Assembly: GCA_003697105.1 (NCBI GenBank)
Contig: RFFQ01000009.1
Coordinates: forward strand, 1-40,099
DNA length: 40,099 nucleotides
Direction: 5' to 3'
Origin: Gemmatimonadota bacterium
GTDB taxonomy: Bacteria > 4572-55 > J002
Within the stretch, counting starts at the first letter, position 1, and each line of letters starts with the position of its first letter. The notes beneath the pieces were generated by a model that did no database searches, was not told the origin of the DNA, and saw only the letters and a list, made by a program, of their open reading frames with translations. Below, one piece after another: positions 34,548 to 40,099 of the stretch. A program made the position numbers and the translations under genes.

Positions 34548-36026
34548 TTAGCCTTTAACGACACAGATAGGGCGCATTCGCGCCACTTTTTTGGAGATAC
34601 CCGCACCATGTACGACATCTACCACCTGATTAACATCTTTATAGGCTTCCGGTGTTTCTTCCCGCACGGTGTCCCGTCCTTCATAGCGGACTAAAATGCC
34701 TTTTTTTTCTAATTCTTGGGGGATCGAACGCCCTTTGGTGAGTTTGATCGCTTTTCGCCGGCTAAGAACCCGCCCAGCACCATGACACGTTGAACCGAAC
34801 GTTTCATTCATGGCTTGTTGTGTTCCAACCAAAATATAAGAAGCGGTTCCCATATCCCCCGGAATCAACACCGGCTGTCCAATGGTTTGGTAGGCTTGAG
34901 GGATGTGAGGATTACCGGGACCAAAGGCACGGGTGGCGCCTTTGCGATGTACCATGACATCCACGGGCTGTTTTGAACGGCAGTAGATGCATTGATGTTG
35001 TTCTCGTTTGGCAATATTATGGGCGACATCGTAAATTTGGTGCATTTGGAGGCTCTTTGCCGAGGTTTTGAAGACCTGCTCAAAACTTTCCCGCGTCCAA
35101 TGGACAATCATTTGACGGTTTGCCCAGCCATAATTGGCAGCACACGCCATCGCGGCAAGATACTCTTGCGCCACATCACTTTGGAGCGGAGCACACGCCA
35201 ATTGCCGGTCTGGTAAATGCAAGTCATACCGGTCCATGGCCTCTTCCATCACATGCAAAAAGTCCGTACAAATTTGATGTCCAAATCCGCGCGAACCACA
35301 ATGGATCATCACCACCGCTTGCCCCTCAAATAACTGCATCACGCTGGCGGCTTGCGGGTCAAAAATTTTATCGACAATCTGCACCTCTAAAAAATGATTC
35401 CCAGAACCGAGACTGCCTAATTGAGGTGCTCCCCGTTTTCGTGCCCGTTCCGAAGGGATCGATTTATCCGCACCTTTCAAACAGCCATTTTCTTCGGAAA
35501 ACTCGAGGTCACTGTTCCAACCATAACCATTTTCTACCGCCCACTGACCGCCTTTGATCATCACCTGTTCTAAATCTTTAGGGCTGAGTTTGATTCGCCC
35601 TTTGCTACCAACACCACAAGGCACATTCCGAAAAAGGGTATCTACCAACTGCCGTTGTTTTTGCCGGATGTCCTTTTCGTGGAGTTCTGTGCGGAGCATC
35701 CGCACTCCGCAGTTAATATCGTATCCCACACCACCGGGGGAGATAATACCATCTGCCATCGTAGAAGCAACAACCCCCCCGATGGGAAAACCATAGCCCC
35801 AATGGATGTCGGGCATCGCCATGGCACGCCCGACGACGCCGGGCAACGTCGCGGTATTGGCAACTTGCGCCGGTGCTTGATCTTTCCGAATATGCCGGAT
35901 CAGCTCATCATTGGCAAAAATCAATCCGGGGACATTCATCCCTTCCTGATACGAGACAGGAATTTCCCACCGGTAGGAATCCACCTGACGTAACTCACCT
36001 TCCCAACGTTTCGAGAATTGGCTCAT
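34548..36026 (-). CDS. rtcB: RNA ligase RtcB (archaeal/eukaryote-like long form)
   Basis: MPDIHWGYGFPIGGV, GVGYDINCG, GSGNHFLE, IHCGSRG, YDVAHN, HRKGATR, PGDMG and STCHGAGR. Start at ATG 36026. Confidence 0.96.
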   Translation of the reverse strand: MSQFSKRWEGELRQVDSYRWEIPVSYQEGMNVPGLIFANDELIRHIRKDQAPAQVANTATLPGVVGRAMAMPDIHWGYGFPIGGVVASTMADGIISPGGVGYDINCGVRMLRTELHEKDIRQKQRQLVDTLFRNVPCGVGSKGRIKLSPKDLEQVMIKGGQWAVENGYGWNSDLEFSEENGCLKGADKSIPSERARKRGAPQLGSLGSGNHFLEVQIVDKIFDPQAASVMQLFEGQAVVMIHCGSRGFGHQICTDFLHVMEEAMDRYDLHLPDRQLACAPLQSDVAQEYLAAMACAANYGWANRQMIVHWTRESFEQVFKTSAKSLQMHQIYDVAHNIAKREQHQCIYCRSKQPVDVMVHRKGATRAFGPGNPHIPQAYQTIGQPVLIPGDMGTASYILVGTQQAMNETFGSTCHGAGRVLSRRKAIKLTKGRSIPQELEKKGILVRYEGRDTVREETPEAYKDVNQVVDVVHGAGISKKVARMRPICVVKG

Positions 36027-36196
36027 ATTTTTACCCTTACTACGAAAATAATCGTGTATGAAAAAAAGGCATATTTCAATGTGTTTCACCCAGCCATAGC
36101 TGGCAGAAGTGCCGTTATCCGATGTGGAGACGCTTCAAATTCTAGGTGAATCAAATTCTGGGGAGATCACATCCCTTTTGCAAAAAGGGTAACGGT

Positions 36197-36226
36197 ATCG
36201 TAATGGAAGGGAGGGCACAGTGTCAA
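36197..36226 (-). promoter_or_regulatory. Sigma70-type promoter upstream of rtcB
   Basis: TTGACA (36226-36221), 18 bp spacer, TACGAT (36202-36197). Confidence 0.55.
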
Positions 36227-36281
36227 GGTTTTTCACGAATCAAGTCCGCACACAAGAGAGCCGTTTCGCCCAAAAAACTTC

Positions 36282-36310
36282 TTGACTTCAATCTAAAGAT
36301 GCCATACATT
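36282..36310 (+). promoter_or_regulatory. Sigma70-type promoter upstream of the wecA-like gene
   Basis: TTGACT (36282-36287), 17 bp spacer, TACATT (36305-36310). Confidence 0.55.
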
Positions 36311-36497
36311 TTGCGAAATTTCTTACAGATCGCCAACACAACGTGTTCCACCGTAAACCTTTAGGAGGTAGTGCCTATCGTAACTTGCTACGGTTACTAA
36401 TTACATATATTTGACAGGGGTTAATTTATAGCAAGTTTTTGTAAACAATGTTGTCCGATAAGTGGCATATTGTTTACAAAATGATAGGAGGTTGATT

Positions 36498-37622
36498 GTG
36501 TCACATGTCATTATCTTCTTAGGTGCACTCTGTTGCGGTCTCATTTTTACCCCCTTGATGATCCGCCTTGCCCACATTCTGGATATTCTCGATAAACCGA
36601 ACCCCCATAATCCCGGTAAGATTCATCGCCAGCCCATCGCGTTATTAGGTGGAGTTGCCATCTACCTAACCGTGTTGGTAATAAGCGGGTTTGTGTTAGA
36701 CTGGAATTTACGTATCCTCGGGCTATTTAGCGCCCTAACGGTCATCATGCTATTGGGGTTAATTGATGATCTACGCGGACTCGATTATAAAGTGCGGTTG
36801 GGTGTCCAATTCTTGGTAGCTCTGTTTATTGTATTTGGTTTGGATATTAAGATTGCGTTTTTGGCAGAGTACCCCTTTATTGGATATCCGTTGACCTTGC
36901 TCTGGATTGTCGGGGTGACCAATGCGTTAAACCTGATGGATAATGTCGATGGTGCCACCGGCGGGGTGAGTTTTATTGCCGCGTTGGGATTATTTGGATT
37001 TGCCGTACTGACCGGAAATACGGTCGTTGCCACGTTATCGGTGACATTAGCCGGTGCCGTGCTGGCATTTTTGAGGTTTAATTTTAAGCCGGCGCGTATT
37101 TTTCTAGGGGATACGGGTAGTTTACTGCTGGGCTTGTTTCTTGCCACACTGGCATTGATAGAAACCCAAACGCTTGCTCCGTTTTCGTGGCATCATGCGT
37201 TTATCTTCCCCTTGCTATTGGGTGTACCAATCTACGATACAACATTGGCAACATTACTGCGGATTTACTACGGGCGTCCCGTCTATTTAGCGGATAAAAG
37301 TAACCTGACATACCGGTTGTTTGATGTGGGCTTCTCCCAACTTCAGACGGTCTTTATTGAATACGGTATGGGCATTTATTTTCTGTTATGTGCAATGACC
37401 CTCTGGTGGGCACCGCCCGCACACGGGATATTCCTTGTGCTTATCACCGTTGGATTTTTAACATTTCTCGGTACACGATTCGCCAAGCACAATAGTACCG
37501 TCCATGTGGCACCGTCCATCAAACCAACCAGTTCCCAACGGATTATCTCATATAAATTTCGGGAAAACAAACACCGCCCGAGTATTGAGGAATCCCTCCT
37601 TGCTCAACAGACTGACCACTAA
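36498..37622 (+). CDS. Polyprenyl-phosphate HexNAc-1-phosphate transferase (WecA/TagO, MraY superfamily)
   Basis: KIH..P..LLGG, LGLIDD, NALNLMDNVDG, NFKPARIFLGDTGS and PIYDT; multiple TMs. GTG 36498 behind AGGAGG. Confidence 0.9.
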   Translation: MSHVIIFLGALCCGLIFTPLMIRLAHILDILDKPNPHNPGKIHRQPIALLGGVAIYLTVLVISGFVLDWNLRILGLFSALTVIMLLGLIDDLRGLDYKVRLGVQFLVALFIVFGLDIKIAFLAEYPFIGYPLTLLWIVGVTNALNLMDNVDGATGGVSFIAALGLFGFAVLTGNTVVATLSVTLAGAVLAFLRFNFKPARIFLGDTGSLLLGLFLATLALIETQTLAPFSWHHAFIFPLLLGVPIYDTTLATLLRIYYGRPVYLADKSNLTYRLFDVGFSQLQTVFIEYGMGIYFLLCAMTLWWAPPAHGIFLVLITVGFLTFLGTRFAKHNSTVHVAPSIKPTSSQRIISYKFRENKHRPSIEESLLAQQTDH

Positions 37623-37639
37623 CTTGATTTTTAATTGAA

Positions 37640-38407
37640 ATGACATTGGTAAAATGCCATTCTTATTTGCTAGAGCGCATCAAGCACCATTCCGCTTCGC
37701 GGGGTGGTGCTTTCTTACCTTTAATCGACCCCGATAAACAAGACTACGCCACGACGATCCGCATTGCCTGTCACTGCCAAGACGCCGGCGCCGATGCCAT
37801 TTTAATCGGAGGGAGTCTTTTATTTTCCAATGACTTAGATACGTTGATCCAAAATATAAAAGAAGAAGTATCAATCCCGTTGATTCTCTTTCCCGGGAGT
37901 TCGATGCACCTCTCCCCGTATGCGGATGCAATCTTTTATCTCTCGTTGATCAGCGGGCGTAACGCCAACTTGCTTATTGGGGAGCACGTTATTTCCGCAC
38001 CGATTATCCACAAATACCAATTGGAAGCCATCCCGACCGGATATATGCTGATCGAATCTGGTCGCGTTACCTCCGTCGAATTTGTCAGTAATACGCGCCC
38101 CATTCCTCGCAACAAGACCTCCATCGCTGTTGCCCATGCCTTAGCCGCAGAATATTTAGGTATGAAGTTAATTTATTTGGAAGGAGGGAGTGGTGCATTG
38201 CAAAGCGTACCGGTGGAAATGATCCGCGCGATACGAGAAGTTGTGCAGACCCCACTTATTGTGGGGGGCGGCATCCGTACCCCTGAAGAGGCGGCGGCAA
38301 AAGTTGAGGCGGGAGCAAATATTGTAGTGGTGGGTACCGCAATTGAGCAACAGGATGATCCTACGTTCGTTCGGACGATGGCAGCGGCAGTACACCAATC
38401 TGGATAG
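37640..38407 (+). CDS. Geranylgeranylglyceryl phosphate synthase (GGGPS/PcrB family, group II-like)
   Basis: LIDPDK, DAILIGGS, PLILFPG, SLISGRN, PTGYMLIESG, YLEGGSGA and IVGGGIR. Confidence 0.92.
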   Translation: MTLVKCHSYLLERIKHHSASRGGAFLPLIDPDKQDYATTIRIACHCQDAGADAILIGGSLLFSNDLDTLIQNIKEEVSIPLILFPGSSMHLSPYADAIFYLSLISGRNANLLIGEHVISAPIIHKYQLEAIPTGYMLIESGRVTSVEFVSNTRPIPRNKTSIAVAHALAAEYLGMKLIYLEGGSGALQSVPVEMIRAIREVVQTPLIVGGGIRTPEEAAAKVEAGANIVVVGTAIEQQDDPTFVRTMAAAVHQSG

Positions 38408-38499
38408 GGTTTACCCTCCTCGGACGCTGCGATGAAGAGGCGCATCCCCTCTCCGACAATCCGTTAATTACCAAATCGATACAAAATAGACTCCAAACG

Positions 38500-38531
38500 C
38501 CACAGCCGAAATTTACTTGCTTCGGCTATGG
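38500..38531. terminator. Hairpin between the convergent GGGPS gene and the cassette
   Basis: Near-perfect inverted repeat CCACAGCCGAA / TTCGGCTATGG. Confidence 0.5.
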
Positions 38532-38556
38532 AAAAGACTCCCACCGCATCATCACA

Positions 38557-38688
38557 AGCTAACGACACGGCTCACTTGCCGCGGGGATTTTGAACACAGA
38601 ACATCAATAAAACAAAAATCTTGAAAAAGGCTAATAACTATGAATTTTACACAGTGCTCCCGCCGTCAAGGGTAGCCAATGGTTAGCC
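38557..38688 (-). other. Integron attC recombination site
   Basis: Minus strand, 3 bp after the TAG: R'' GGCTAAC ... R' GTTAGCT; imperfectly complementary arms GGCTACCCTTGACGGCGGGA / TCCCCGCGGCAAGTGAGCC; AT-rich central loop; 132 bp. Confidence 0.8.
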
Positions 38689-39454
38689 CGCCTATTGTTC
38701 GCTAAATACGTATCTGCCGTTTTCCACTTCCACGTTGGGAGGAAGGTGACCATTATCTTCAAACCAGTCATAACCTTCTTTCAGATTCTCCCAAAATGAA
38801 TACCACTCTGAGTCTCTATGCCTCTCCATATTCTCATCCGTCATCCTAAAGGGGAATATATGAACTCTAAAATACGACTGACCGTTTCTAAATGCGGCAT
38901 CGCCCAAGGCATAGATTTCTTCAATCAAACTATCTGTCATGGCATAGCAACCAATGGACACACAACTGCCGTGAACCATTAAAGCACTGCCAGTTCGATG
39001 ATGATACCTGTCATATCTGTTTGGATAACCCAGATTGAATGACAAATGGAAATCACTCAAAGGATTTAGGCGGTTCGGGGTAACAAAATAAAACCCCTCC
39101 GGTGCTTTACCATCTCCCTGTCTTGTCTTTGGACCTAATCCACCAGAACCATAGGTACAGATGGGATAAGATTTGAATAAGTAAAAACGGTTCCCCTGTC
39201 TTATCCAAACTTCCAGAATCATTTCTTCCTTAAAAATCCTAATAAATATCGGTGCGCCATATTGTAACTCTTCGTTTTCGAGTTCTATTCTTAATTGTGG
39301 CGCCACACGATTTATTGCTTCACGTGAGCGTGGACTTGATGGAATACTATTTTGCGCATAGCATATTGATGCCAAAATAAAAATTGAAACAAACGTAATT
39401 GTTTTAATAGGTCTAATCACCAAATTATAACTTCTCTTTTAATGTCTGGGTTAA
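38563..39454 (-). mobile_element. Solitary integron gene cassette
   Basis: Runs from G|TTAACCC (39455|39454-39448) through one ORF to the attC ending at G|TTAGCT (38563). The ORF uses many AGA/AGG Arg codons, unlike the CGN-rich neighbours. Confidence 0.72.
38692..39423 (-). CDS. YkuD/L,D-transpeptidase-fold protein, YafK/DpaA (LdtF)/Pgp2-like
   Basis: IFIRIFKEE, GPKTRQGDGKAPEGFY, LSFNLGYPN, catalytic MVHGSCVSIGCYAM and FWENLKEGYD; signal peptide. Confidence 0.9.
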   Translation of the reverse strand: MVIRPIKTITFVSIFILASICYAQNSIPSSPRSREAINRVAPQLRIELENEELQYGAPIFIRIFKEEMILEVWIRQGNRFYLFKSYPICTYGSGGLGPKTRQGDGKAPEGFYFVTPNRLNPLSDFHLSFNLGYPNRYDRYHHRTGSALMVHGSCVSIGCYAMTDSLIEEIYALGDAAFRNGQSYFRVHIFPFRMTDENMERHRDSEWYSFWENLKEGYDWFEDNGHLPPNVEVENGRYVFSEQ

Positions 39455-39471
39455 CATAGAGATAAAGGGAG

Positions 39472-39831
39472 TTATTTGCCGATAATCTCCAAATAAACAC
39501 CGTTGGGGTCTCTCCAATTTACATGCCGCAACCCATCCCGAGGACCTCCAACAAACTGTCGAGGCTCGCCCTCAAACCAAATAGAGTGGCGTAACTTCTC
39601 ATACGTGGCGTCAAAATCATCCGTGTAAAAACTCACATGTTGTTGATCGGGCACAATGCCCTCAAAATCTGCTTTAGCGACCAACACTACGGAAAAGCCC
39701 TCACCCGCTTTGAGGTATGTTGCTGTGGGGCGTTTCTCCTCAATCTGAAAACCAAGCAGCTGAGTGTAGTAAGCCACAGAGTCTTCCATGACATCAACTA
39801 CAATGGAGACATGATCAATTTTAGAAAACAT
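39472..39831 (-). CDS. VOC/glyoxalase-family protein
   Basis: KIDHVSIVV, YYTQLLGF, HVSFYTDD and RDPNGVYLEI. Confidence 0.88.
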   Translation of the reverse strand: MFSKIDHVSIVVDVMEDSVAYYTQLLGFQIEEKRPTATYLKAGEGFSVVLVAKADFEGIVPDQQHVSFYTDDFDATYEKLRHSIWFEGEPRQFVGGPRDGLRHVNWRDPNGVYLEIIGK

Positions 39832-39848
39832 CGCAACTTCCTTCGGTT

Positions 39849-39930
39849 AGCAGTGATCAGTGGGCAGTGCACAGTGTGCCGTTTACCAGTGATAACGGCA
39901 CACTGCCAACGGATAAACGGCTTACTGATA
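39849..39930. repeat. Heptamer tandem repeats arranged as an inverted hairpin
   Basis: Left arm has CAGTG every 7 nt (AGCAGTG ATCAGTG GGCAGTG CACAGTG); perfect 12-bp core CAGTGTGCCGTT (39872-39883) / AACGGCACACTG (39894-39905); right arm has ACGG/ACTG units about every 7 nt. Confidence 0.75.
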
Positions 39931-40099
39931 ATTGTAAAAGCCCATCCCGGATTTTCGCCCTAAGTGCCCCGCTTCGACCATCTTCACCAACAAGGGACAG
40001 GGACGATATTTGGGGTCTTTAAATCCTTCGTACAGCACTTCCATAATTGCCAAACAGACATCCAAACCGATGAAATCTGCCAAGGTCAATGGTCCCATG
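39922..40099 (-). CDS. hbd: 3-hydroxybutyryl-CoA dehydrogenase, C-terminal part (gene starts beyond the window)
   Basis: Hand translation gives ...[58 protein letters not shown]; absent from the ORF track. Confidence 0.9.
   Translation of the reverse strand, partial: MGPLTLADFIGLDVCLAIMEVLYEGFKDPKYRPCPLLVKMVEAGHLGRKSGMGFYNYQ

Noticed and set aside
36112..36172. SAM-I riboswitch (TTATC...GGTG...AATTC...GAGAT on the + strand)
   Set aside because: Superficial match only: no GCAAC/P3 element, poor P1 pairing and no methionine-related gene downstream.
36363..36400. AGGAGGT followed by a 9-codon ORF (GTG...MPIVTCYGY) as a leader peptide
   Set aside because: RBS-start spacing is too short and there is no attenuator or amino-acid bias to support it.
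39455..39475. attC for the VOC gene (TAAC at its stop, GTT about 16 nt later)
   Set aside because: Far too short and lacks L-box pairing; at most a deleted remnant.

Overview
A mostly chromosomal 40 kb window from a bacterium, probably a motile anaerobe with a periplasm (inferred from gene content; lineage not determinable). From left to right: (1) the edge of a probable genomic island next to the 3' end of a minus-strand tmRNA (ssrA, 847-1212; tag ADYNFATNELALAA), holding an excisionase-type HTH gene and the N-terminus of a probable SNF2-type helicase; (2) a tight + strand run: orphan pgsW, solute-binding protein, MCP, folP, cdaA and a GAF/PAS histidine kinase, then alaX; (3) a Na+-pumping acyl-CoA (probably methylmalonyl-CoA) decarboxylase operon followed by an HAO-family octaheme cytochrome c; (4) a Cys-rich protein and a subtilase fused to a glycogen-binding module, coupled to a partial bat locus, two SpoIID/LytB enzymes, a lipoprotein and a lone ABC permease; (5) a c-di-GMP cluster (degenerate GGDEF-EAL, receiver, PilZ, DUF4388/MshEN-like/TPR); (6) a co-directional run of rtcB, GAF-GAF-PP2C, cNMP-binding, SNAP-like/TM/TPR and cNMP-binding genes; (7) a wecA/tagO-like transferase paired with a group II GGGP synthase; (8) a solitary integron cassette (YafK/DpaA-family gene plus attC, both recombination junctions readable), a VOC gene, a heptamer-repeat hairpin and the 3' end of hbd. 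The best candidates for undescribed systems are the rtcB-linked cNMP/SNAP-TPR/PP2C module, the subtilase-CBM/bat/SpoIID run and the WecA-GGGPS pair. The best-supported feature missing from the ORF track, apart from the tmRNA, is the solo attC cassette. All calls come from motif recognition by eye; no searches were run.
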